Positions 49,485 through 60,790 of a stretch of DNA of 64,000 nucleotides are shown here, in pieces. This stretch comes from Takakia lepidozioides (taxonomy: Eukaryota; Plantae; Bryophyta). Where the stretch lies: NCBI GenBank assembly GCA_030704615.1, contig CM060731.1, forward strand, positions 59,830,001-59,894,000, read 5' to 3'. Numbering within the stretch: position 1 is the stretch's first letter; each line of letters begins with the position of its first letter. The notes beneath the pieces are model-generated. The model had not been told where the DNA came from. It worked only from the letters and a program-made list of their open reading frames with translations, and searched no databases. The position numbers were made by a program, and so were the translations under genes.

Positions 49485-52332
49485 TCACCAATAGTCTCCA
49501 CAAGAACACACTCAGCCATCAAAGTGGTGAAAGCGATTGGCATCTTGTACAACAATTGCTGAGCCAACAATCTTGGAGATGAACTTGGTGGCGGTGTGGC
49601 AGTGACCACACACCCGAAGATTTTTGATGACACGTCCCAGGGGCGTGCTGATCAGCCCAAAAGCAATGGCCAGCTTCTCACTGTGGTAGCAAAGAGAAAA
49701 TTCCTTTTGCTCCTCCTCCATATCATGCAATACAAAGCGAGAGTGTCAGGCACATACCCTGCCTCCTTCATCTGCCCAGACAATTTCCCAGCTCAGCATA
49801 GATTTCCTTGAATTTTGGATGGAATGTGTCATCTACAATGAAGGTGTGCACTATCTTAATGCAGCACTGACCTCACTCCTTTCTAACCCCTCTGACCTTC
49901 ATCATTTTCATCACCTTTGCAGTCTCGTCCCACCTGCCAGCTGCAGCATAGATGTTTGATAACAATACGTAAGTTGCAGCGTCCTGTTCATCCAACTTGA
50001 AAATAGATGTTGCCGCACGTTCTGCCATCTCCACATTGCCATGAACTCTGCAGGCACCAAGCAAGGCCATCCACACCACAACATCTGGTTTGATTGGCAT
50101 ATTGTTAATGAAGTCCTCTGCCTCATCCAATTGCCCTGCAGGGCCAAGAAGGTTGACCATGCAGCCAAAGTGCTCTACTTTTGGAGTGACAGCGTGATCT
50201 TGACTCAGGGAATTAAAGTAGTGTCGTGCTTCATCCACTAGGCCAACATGGTTGCATGCGGAGAGAACAGTAACACATATGAAGGTGATATTGTCTAGCT
50301 TCAAGCCTTCCTTTTGCATTCCTTCAAATAGTTGCAGGGCCTCCCTATGACAACCATGCTGGGCATATCCTGCAATCATCACATTCCAGGACACCACAGT
50401 TCGCTCAGCCATACTTTCAAACATTGCCTTTGCATCTTCAATGCTGCCACATTTGGCATACATGTCCAGGAGGGTATTGTTCAGAATGACATCTGGTACA
50501 ATCCCAGCTTTGATGATGTCACCATGGACCTTCCTACCCTTTTCCAGGGCTGCCAGGCCCGCACACGCATTGCAAACACAAACAGATGTGACCCGGTTGG
50601 GCTTCACACCTTCCTGCATCATTTGCTCATAAGTCTCCAAAGCCTCCATCCCACACCCATGCTGCACATATCCTGCAATCATCGAACTCCAGACATCTCG
50701 TTCAGCCATATTGTCAAACTCTCCCTTTGCACCTCTGATGTTGCTGCATTTGGCATACATGTCCACAAGGGTATTGTTCAGAATCAGATCTGGTACGATT
50801 CCAGCTTTGATGATGTCTTCATGGACCTCTTCGCCTTTTTCCAGGGCTGACAGGCTCGCGCATGCATTGCAAATGCAAGTGAATGTGACCCGGTTGGGCT
50901 TCACCCCTTCCTGCATCATTTGCTCATAGGTCTCCAAAGCCTCCAGCTCATATCCATGTTGGGCATATCCTGCAATCATTATATTCTAGGACACTACATC
51001 CCATTCAGCCATATTCTCGAACACTCCCTTTGCATCTCCGATGCTGCCACATTTGGCATACATGTCCATGAGGGCAATGTTCAGAATGACATCTGATACA
51101 ATTCCAGCTTTGATAATGTCACCATGGACCTCTTTGCCCTTTTCCAGGGCTGCCAGGCTCACACATGCATTGCAAATACAAACAAATGTGGCCCGGTTGG
51201 GCTTCACCCTTCCTGCATCATTTGCTCATAGGTCTCCAAAGCCTCCATGCCACACCCATGCTGCACATATCCTGCAATCATCGCATTCCAGGACACCACA
51301 TCTCGTTCAGTCATATTTTTGAACACTCCCTTTGCATCTTCGATGCTGCCACATTTGGCATACATGTCCACGAGGGTAGTGTTCAGAATGACATCTGGTA
51401 CAAGTCCAGCTTTGATTACATCACCATGGACCTCTTTGCCCTTTTCCAGGGCTGCCAGGCTCACACACGCATTGCAGACACACACAAATGTGATCCGGTT
51501 GGGCTTCACTCCTTCCTGCATCATTTGCTCATAGGTCTCCAAAGCCTCTATGCCACACCCATGCCTGGCATATCCTACGATTATTGCATTCCAGGACACC
51601 ACATCCTGTGCAGCCATATTGTCGAACACCCCCTTTGCATCTTTGATGCTACCGCATTTGTCATACATTCCCATGAGGGTTTTGTTCAGAATGACACCTG
51701 GTACAATTCCAGCTTTGATGATGTCACCATGGATCTCTTTGCCATTTTCCAGGGCTGCCAGGCTTGCACATGCATTGCAAACGCAAACGAATGTGACCCG
51801 GTTGGGCTTCACCCCTTCCTGCATCATTTGCTCATATGTCTCCAAGGCATTCTTACCACACCCATACTTGGTAAATCCTACCATCATTGTATTCCATGTG
51901 AACAAACCTCATTCAGGCATTTTGTTGAACACTTGGTGTGCATCCATGATGCTCCCGCATTAAACATACATGTTCACAAGGGTGTTCTGTAGAAAAACAT
52001 TTGGTTTGAATCCACTTTGGGTAATGTGAGAGTGCACCTGCTTTCCCATTTCCAGGCCTTTCATCTTGACGCACGCATGCAAGAGACAGACATAAGTATC
52101 TGTACCTGCTGAAATGCTTCCTTGGTTCAAAATTTGAAGAGCCTCTTTCAGTTTCCCTGCCTCACATAGTGTCCTCATATACCCGGAATTTCCAGAAGAG
52201 GTCCTGTGGACTCCCTCTCTTGGTCCTCTTTTGGAGGTTGTGGTCATTGTGAGAGTGCCTGATTTTATCAATTGTGCCCCTGCTGCTGCTTGTAGTTGAC
52301 CATCTACTCATGTAGGTTTCTTGTAGCTATCA
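49485..52332 (-). pseudogene. Near full-length PLS-E-DYW PPR RNA-editing factor (about 20 PPR motifs, E1, E2, DYW), disabled by several stops and frameshifts
   Basis: Five ~303-bp P-L-S triplets, P2-L2-S2, E1/E2, then [40 protein letters not shown]; intronless. Confidence 0.95.
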
Positions 52333-54077
52333 ATAAGACGGCCTCCCAAAACCAAGAAGACCCTCCCAAGTACCTTGTAAACACCAAGAAAAACCCTTGC
52401 GCAATGCAATTTCATGGCCTGTTTAGGAACAACAACCTATGATACAGACAGGGACAGCCACTTTTGCAGAACAGAAAACCTTCTTCACGTCATGTAAGAA
52501 GAAAGAGAGGCGTCCTAGGGGTAAACCCTCTAAACCTTGATATGTAGGTTGTCCCACCATTGTGAAGGATAAATATGCTCACCTTTTTCCCTGGGATTCT
52601 CACTGGAGAACGCTCTCCTGGATGCGCCGTTTGAAGAAATGCCCTCCGCACAGTCGAGCTCTTTCTAACCCTTCTTGACACTTCATGGCTGTATATTATA
52701 GATCGCCTCGGCAAGCCAAACCTATCTAAACCTGTTCTAAATGCCAGGCCTTATCAACCTATGTAGACATTGTGCTCTCTCTCTCTCTCCTTTGAACATC
52801 AAACAGAAGCAGGGAAGAAAAGGGTCAGTCTCGACGAAGGGTTACTTCGTTCAAGAAGTTATTTTCCACAGTTCCTATGCTCAATTGCGCCTGCTACTCT
52901 CTGTAATCTAACAGACATTCATCTTTTTGACTGGGGTCAGAAAAGTATTCATTCCACAGCTTCTCCTCGTCTATGTTACCTGTTTCGGGATACTTTCTTG
53001 TTGTCACATTGGCAGTATCAATCCCACACGCATGTTGTGCATATCCTACAATCATAGCACTCCATGATACCACATTTCGTTCAGCCATCGTGACGAACAC
53101 TCCCTTTGCATCTTCAGTGCTTCCGCCTTTGGCATACATGTCAATAAGGGCATTGTTTAGAATGACATCTGGTACAATTCCAGCTTGACGATATCACCAT
53201 GGACCTCTATGCCCTTTTCCAGGCTTGCTCACACATTGAAAATGGAAACGAATGTGACCTGGTCTGGGTTCAACCCTTCCTAAATCATTTGCTCATAGGT
53301 CTCCAAAGCCTTCATCCCGCACCCACGCTGAGCATATCCAGTGATCATTGCGTTCCACGAGATCACATCTCGTTCAGCCATCATTATATTCCACGTGATC
53401 ACACCTTGTTCAGGCATTTTGTTGAACACTCAGTGTGCATCCACAATGCTCCCACACTTCACATACATGTTAACAAGGGTGTTGCATAGAAAAACGTTGG
53501 GCTTGAATCCACTTTGGATAATGTGAGCATGCACCTGTTTTCCGGCTTCTAGGCCTTTCATCTTGATGCACTTATGCAAGAGACAGACATAAGTATCTGA
53601 ATCTGCTGAATCTGCTGAAACCCTTCAAAATCTGTAGAGCCTCTTTCAGTTGCCCTGCCTCACATAACATCCTCACGTGCCCAGAAGTGCCAGAAGCGGT
53701 ATTGTGGACTCCCTCTCTTGGTCCTCCCTTGGAAGCTGTGGCCATGGTGGAGCACCTGATTTCAAATATGCCGCTGCCGCTGTTTCCAGTTGACCATCTA
53801 CCCATGCAGGTTTCCTGTAGCTATCAATCCACAGGGAATCATGGGCACTATTGTGCCTGATATCCATCCCTCTTGGATGAATCTGGACCCACACTCTATC
53901 CCTGCTCACCTTCAGCTATCCCTTCCTCAGCACCATTAATGCATAGACCTTGCCCTTGCTGCTAGAAGCTGACAATGACAGCTGAATTTTTTCTAGCAAA
54001 CACCCAAACCCTACTGATCACACACTAGGTCCTACTCTGAATTGGTCCCAAGACTTAAAAAATGTGCTGGGGAGAGA

Positions 54078-57000
54078 TTGTACTCATAAGACGTTGTTTG
54101 CCGTAGCCTTGTGGCCATTGATCCTGCGCCCAATTTGAGCGGGAACAAAAGGGACATAACCTACCTCTGTCAGGGGCTGACATTGGTAGTAAGACTTACC
54201 TCCATATAAAGAATTAATCCGGGTTTTCCAGATATCCTCTAGAAATCCCTTCACACAAGCATCAATCTGCTGTGTGTGATTTGCCCAAAAACTAGGCCTC
54301 AAGAGGGCCTGGGCTTTTGGCTCAGCCTCGAGACTTTCAAAGTTGGTAAACAGGGGTACATGCACAATTCCCTTAATAGATTTGAAGAGAGCGTCTCTTT
54401 GGTGAGAGAACCCCGGACAGTGTATCAGAAAATGAATATTGTCTTCAGATTGCCCACACAACGGGCAATTGCACTCTCCCTTTCCTCTTTGCTTCAGTTT
54501 GCTGTCCAAAGGTAGGCTTCCTGCCCCGAGTTTAAATTTCAGTCTAGTGCCGAGAGTGGGTAGACCCTTGAGGTCATCCAAGATGTCCTCCCCCATGTCA
54601 CAGACTGGGAACAAGTTCAGGGAAGTTTTCTGCCTAACTTCATTTTCATCAGAAAATCTCATGGCAACAGACATGGCTGAGGACACTACAGCCTCTAAGT
54701 CAGATTTATCCAGCAGGATCAAGACTTGCGGATCCAGGTCCAGGTCCTTGAGGATCTCTTCTACTCTCTTATGCCAGGACTTAGCCTGTTTGACAGGGCG
54801 GTGTTGTTTCCAAGATATAGAGTCGATTAACTTAGGATATCTGGTGTTGGGCATATGTTGCAGCTGACCCCACCATCTGACCTTGAATTCATCTCGTCGG
54901 GAGCTTAAGGACGGAATGCCAAACTCACCCCGAACAGCCACATTGGCTGTTTTGGAGCATGCTGACATACACTCCTTAAGCACCCCCACTTGAATGGATT
55001 CTAGAGACTTAGCCTGGTTGGAGTTATCAACCCATATAGCAGATCCGTACTCCAAGGCAGGTCTAATAACGCGACAAAGCATGGTTTTCTTAACCTCAGA
55101 GTTGACCCCTCTGCAGTGGAAAAATTTAGTGAGCCCGAGAGCTTTGCCCTTGCCAGTTTGAACAACTTTCTGGATATGTGCATCCCAATTACAATTGGAG
55201 GAGAACTCAATGCCCAGGTAAGTGTAGGAAGGGAGGACCGGGATCTCTTGGCTACCCCACTGCCAATTAAGATCACTTCCTCCCTCTCCTCTGTCGTTGA
55301 ATGCTAGCACTGCACATTTGCTGACATTAGCCTCTAGCCCCCAAAGATCAAAGTATCTCTTCGCGCAATCAATCAACTCTTGGAGATTGGTTGGAGTCTC
55401 CCCTATGCCTGCGAAGTCATCCGCAAACATAAGGGCTGGTATGGTGGTATCACCCACCCTTAACCCAAATCCCTCACTTTCCACATCCTCGAGGAGTTGA
55501 TTGATGAAAACATTGAAGAGCAGAGGGGAGAGAGTACATCCTTGAGCTACACCTTGGTCTATGTCAAAGAAGTTGGACTTCTGTCCGTTAACAGTGACAC
55601 AGCTTTTGGTGTGAGCATACAAGTTGTGGACAACTCTCCACATCTTTCCCTTGATCCCACAAGACCAGAGGCGGAACCATAGGCCATCTCTCCACACTGT
55701 GTCATAAGCCTTTTTGACATCCAGGAAAAAAACATAAGTGGGTTTCCCTTCTTTTTTCCTTCCCTGGATAATCTGGCTTAGAGTGAAGATATGATCCACA
55801 CAGCCCCTGTTTCACCGAAAGCCAGCTTGGCCTTCGTGGAAACAACCTATAGACTCCAGATCAACCTCGAGACGAGTACTTATAACTCTGCAGAATGTCT
55901 TGCCAACAACATTGAGGAGCGTGATGCCACGGTAGTTCCCCGGTTCTTCTCTGTCACCCTTCTTGTATAGATTGACAATGACCCCCTGTCGCCAGCGAAA
56001 GGGGATCATTTCAGTCTTCCAGATAAGGTTAAAGAGGAGAACTAGGGCCTCTATCATGGGATCGCCACCATGCTTGATAAGCTCGTTGACAATACCATCA
56101 GGTCCACCAGCTTTATATCCATTTAAATGTTCAATTGCTTCCACAATCTCAGAAGAACTAATGGGAGCATTATAAGCCATTGAAATATACTCCAGTTCAT
56201 CAGGGCTGTTTTGAATCATAGGAACAGTTTTTCCAACTGTGTCCCTCCATTCAGCAGAAGACCCCTCACTGTTAGACCTAGAAGTTCTGCCAAGGATACT
56301 GTAGTGAGTTTCAAAGGTTTTGACAATGTCAACCGATGAAGTCACCACTGCACCTTTAGTTGGTCCACCAATTAACTGCTCTACCGCAGACAATTAGTTT
56401 CCTCCCAATGATCTTGTCAGCCACGGAGGAAACGAAACTCTCCCAAGAGTCCACTGCTCTTTCGACTTCATTTCTTGCGTTAACAGAGCGTGACTGGAGT
56501 TCTTGGAGCGATTGGACAAAATGAGGGAGAGCCTCTTGCAAGGCCTGGACGTACTCAGCCTTGACCTCCTCATTGTGGAATTCTTCTATGCGCCACTTCC
56601 GAATCGAACGTTTCACATATCTCTTGGTGGTGGGAAAACACCTTTTGATCTCAGTCCAAACCAGGAAGTGATCAGAGGTACCAATATCAGTTCTGTCGAT
56701 CAACACATTGGCACACTGGGGGAACAAAATTTTGTCCATTATGATATAGTCCACAATGGAACGTTCCCCAGTTTGGGATTTCTCACGAGTCCACTGCACT
56801 TGGTCACCACTTGTCCTGTTATTCAAGGTCAAAAGCTGAAGCTCTTCTAGACAGTTAATTAACCGTCTGCCATTAGAATTCAGCTCGTCCTCACCAAAAG
56901 GTCCAATGATATCGTCCTGATGGATCCCTTTGCCCACCCGGGCATTGAAGTCCCCCAATAGTACCACCTGACCTTTGGCAAGGAACGAAGCACAGTCCAG

Positions 57001-58314
57001 CTTTACATCTTCGAAGGCCTTGTCTGCGTCAGCACTAAGGGTCCCCTCTGTGGGCATGTAAACACAACCAACAAAGAGGTCCTTTGTACTCATGCTGCCC
57101 TTCAAATTCAGTTTTAGCCAGATACTATGCTCGTACCTCAAACCCTTGTTGATAATTTCACAATTGTCAAACAAGAAATCACGGACAAAGAATCCGACCC
57201 CTTTTTGACCGCGTTTGGCAGAGGCTGCCTTGAGAGTACACATCTTACCTGCCCATTTATAACCAATGACATCTCCAACCAGTTTATCCGACGTTTCCCA
57301 TGTTTCTTGCCCAGCACAGATATGAATATCATTAGTCCGAAGAACTTGTCCCACTTCAAGTTGTTTCCTTTGGTTGGTCAACCCTGAGAAGTTGAAAGTG
57401 GCCAGCCGCAAGCCAGCCCTTTGCGTGTGAATTGTTTGTCGTCTAATTAGCTTGTGATTGCTCCTGGACGGCCAACCGTTCTGCAAAGGGGGGACAGTTA
57501 CCCCATGTGTAGATTTTGCTCGTCTTGTGTAAACTTTGAGAATTGGTAAACCATTCAGGCTACCAAATCTTTCAGTTACACGATGCACAGGCTCCGCACA
57601 CATAGGGGCAGATTGTCTGTCAGACTGCTTGGGGACAATTACCCCGTGTATAGATTTTGCTCATCTTGTGTAGACTTTGAGGATTGGTAAACCATTTAGA
57701 GTACCAAATCCTTCAGTTACACGACGTTCAGGCTCTGCACACTTAGGGACAAACTGTCCATCTGACGGCTTGGGGACAATTACCCCGTGTATAGAATTTG
57801 TTCGTCTTGTGTAAACCTTGAGGATTGGTAAGCCATTCAGAGTACCAAATCCTTCAGATTTAGGACGTTCAGGTTCCGTACACTTAGGGGCATCTTGTCT
57901 TTCTGGCTGTTTGGATTCAACCTCATCCAAAGCATCAAACCGATTAGAAACTCTCAAGTTGAAGTTGTTGCCCTTGGTTGTCTTCCTAGAGCGCCCGTTT
58001 GAATCACCAATGTCTAAGACCGCTCTCCAGCCAGTCAAGGGACGAACTTCTTTGAGATTGAATTGATGCGGGACTCTATTAGAAGCACTTTTGGTCATTG
58101 CAACCTTCAACGTACCCCTCTTATCAAGTCTCGAGATGGTACCATTAGCCATGAAATCCAAGCCTAAGCTAGAGCATGTAGTTTTAAAGGACACATCGTC
58201 CATCCTGGGATTCACCCCAAAAACTACACATGAAGCCCTAGATTTGGCATAAGTAACCAATTCCCAGGGATCACCCTGAGGAGTGTTGATGTTGATAGGA
58301 GCTAAATTTTTTAT
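54078..58314 (-). mobile_element. Non-LTR retrotransposon (APE endonuclease + RT + C-terminal CCHC), probably RTEX-like; two nonsense codons and one frameshift
   Basis: 15-bp TSD TGTGCTGGGGAGAGA at 54063-54077 and 58315-58329. APE motifs TFNFSGL, QETW, GDFNARVG, IVDYI and SDH. RT motifs NYRGITLL, FLDVKKAYD, GVAQGCTLSPLLF, FADD and YLG. C-terminal CPLC..ED..HFL..C. Confidence 0.93.
57490..57890 (-). repeat. Three tandem 141-bp (47-codon) repeats in the LINE ORF upstream of the APE domain
   Basis: P.C.EP....E.FG.LNGLPILKVYTR....HGV.VP repeated at 141-nt spacing (anchors about 57536, 57677, 57818). Confidence 0.9.
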
Positions 58315-58949
58315 TGTGCTGGGGAGAGAGAGAGAGAGAGAGAGGATGACAATTTCCAAGAAAGCTTTGTGATGCATCTTGTTGTCTACTTCTCTGAAGT
58401 TTAACAAGCATTCTCCTTTTCGCCTCGATTGTCTGATAAGATTCTGATAAGAGGACAAAGCAGGCTTAAATGTGTTGAAGAAGAAGGTGCCCTCACCACA
58501 TTGTCCTTCACCTTGTGTCATAAAGGCAGCTAGCTTTTCTTTCACCGAAGGGGGATTCAACCAACCACCAACCCAAAGGACTTCTTGTGTGCGCTGCTTG
58601 TGTCTGTAGTTGGGTGATAACTGATTGGTCTCTGAGGACCACCACGGTGCAGCTGAGGCGCAATAGATTGAAGCACCGCCTGAAAAACCGAGCCGACCCT
58701 CCCAAGTACATTGTAAACAACACGGCAAAGAACAAATCATGAAGGCCCACTTTTGCACAACGGACAAACTTCTTCACATTGTACACTACGAAAGCTACAC
58801 TTTGCCTTTACGGCTGTCCCACCATTATAGAGATCTTTCAAAACTTCATGGCAGCACTGTAGACGTTTGTGCCCGAAAATCGGACACAATCAAAACTGTG
58901 ACAGGTTCTTTTTTGAAGGAGTTCTAGTTTAGTTTTCAACAGCATTCAC

Positions 58950-60790
58950 GCGAGGGCCTACGTTGACCCGATGCCCGAAGACGGAAGCTTGGGCAGAAAT
59001 ATTAATGTCATATAAAAGCGGGAAGTGCCCAAGCCAAAGCTCGGTTAACATGACAAAGTCAGATCGATCTTGGACAACGAGATGGGCAGGATCCATAGTT
59101 AAGACTAATAAAGGCAAGTTGTACAATATGGTCCAGCTAAATCTTTTCTCTGAAGCATTCCGCACAGTCTCCACCTTCAATGAGACACATAAAACGTGGA
59201 GACAAGTCCGGAATGGGACTTGCTCATTGGAAGAGCTCGAATTCAGGCCGACAGCCCTAGCCACTCGACCAAACTCCGAATAGATGCACAAATTCCAGTC
59301 CAGAAGTAAGATGATCCTGGCACGAGCCAATGGCTGCTAAATCCCTGACGGAAAAGAATGAAGATACGATGGAGAAAATGCACGAATTGGACTTCCTAGT
59401 TCGATTCAACCTGAATAAAAAGACTTGCAATGTTTCTGGAGAAATAAAACACTAGCTAGGATCATCGCTAACGGGAGTTGGAGACGCCCCACCCCAGATG
59501 AACAGAGGTAATTTGGACAGAAAAACGGAGAGCCAACATAATGACAAAACAACTTTTTGTTCACAAATACCACATGAGAGTATTTGCATAAAACGAACCC
59601 GTAACCTAGTCAATATGGCTCTCCACCCTCGTCGACAAATGAACACCGATTTTTCTTGGTACGGTGCTCACAGAAAAGAATGTGGAAATTTTTCCGAATG
59701 GTGACGAGTATCTCCGATGCATGTGGCGCATACCCACAAGATCAAAATGTGAATGAGGAGGGATATGACACTAAAGCCATAAGTGACATCATTCGCAAAG
59801 GGGACGGAAACCGCGGACCGAGCTACAATCAAATCACTTACAAAACCCGGAAATTGTGCGATAGGAAGTCATCGATAGATTGGTTGAAAACTTCATTTGA
59901 TTATCAGAAAGGCAATGAGACTATTTTCTCTTCATATAATTAAACTCGGACGTATCACTTTCATTCCAAAGCTTGGCAAGGAACCAAGGGACCCAGAGAC
60001 ATGACGACCCATTACCATGCTCCCTGTGATTTTCAAAATCGTTTACAAGCTCATCGCAAATGATGCGGGTCTTGAAACCGCCATGGTGAGATCAATCATG
60101 CAAGTGGGAGTCAACCCGGGTCGGGCGGGATGTGTTTGTTCATCCTCATGACAGATTATGCAGGCGCATTCACATCAATCCCCCTAGGCCATATTGCTCG
60201 GATCATCAATATGACAAATTTGGCCCCAAAGCTTAAGACAATGTGGATTGAGACTATTATGAATAATTTGGTTCGAATCTTAACGAATGGCAAGTTATCC
60301 GAATTGATCTATATCACATAGGCGGCGACATAGAGAAACACCATCAGCCTGCTGACCTTCGCGCTTGTCAAACACACGGTTTCCAAATGGATTGAGCAGG
60401 AATGCACCAAATTTCGATTTGGATAAGAGGGGGTCGCCATCACGGGGGCGGATTATGTAGAAGATGGATTTCAAGTCTCAGATTCGCTCCCCGATTTATT
60501 GAAGATGGCGGAGATGGAGACTGACTGGGCGGATTGGGCAGGGACAAAATTTTGCATTGACAAATGCAAAGTATGGGCTCGCGTTTTTGTCAATAACAAT
60601 GGAAAAGACACGCCCATCGCAATTCAACTCTAAGGACAATGTGTTCCGCAACTCCATGGAGCCCAAACCTTCAAGTATTTGGGCATTCACGGATATATCC
60701 CCGGCAAGCCTGGTGACTAACTGAATACCACTCATTGAAGAAGGCAAACAAGCTCATCCGGGTAAAATGGCTTTGGTCAAAATACGTGCT
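58950..60790 (+). mobile_element. Highly degenerate non-LTR retrotransposon RT fragment; no APE seen
   Basis: ITFIPKLGKEPRDPET*RPITMLPVIFKIVYKLIA; LMTDYAGAFTSIP; DYVED (YADD equivalent); FKYLG; many stops. Confidence 0.7.

Larger units (their letters stand above)
52890..58810 (-). pseudogene. Further PPR copy (leader plus first motifs), internally deleted; leader interrupted by the LINE
   Basis: PPR motifs at 53020-53610; leader at 53610-54060 resumes at 58330-58810 after the LINE TSD, colinear with 15360-16375. Confidence 0.85.

Noticed and set aside
49485-49730. DYW domain as a U-to-C (DYW:KP-type) editing factor, or the in-frame TGA as recoded
   Set aside because: The family has a PG box, HSEKLA, CxxCH and a terminal DYW, i.e. 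the ordinary C-to-U type. The gene has several other stops and frameshifts, so the TGA is best read as decay.
13063-51992. Numerous plus-strand ORFs over the PPR regions (e.g. 14128-14925, 51165-51992)
   Set aside because: They are antisense shadows of repetitive PPR coding sequence and carry no independent motifs.
48715-52890. Non-PPR inserts at about 48715-49000 and 52335-52790 as LINE fragments
   Set aside because: No diagnostic motif could be read, so they are left unannotated.
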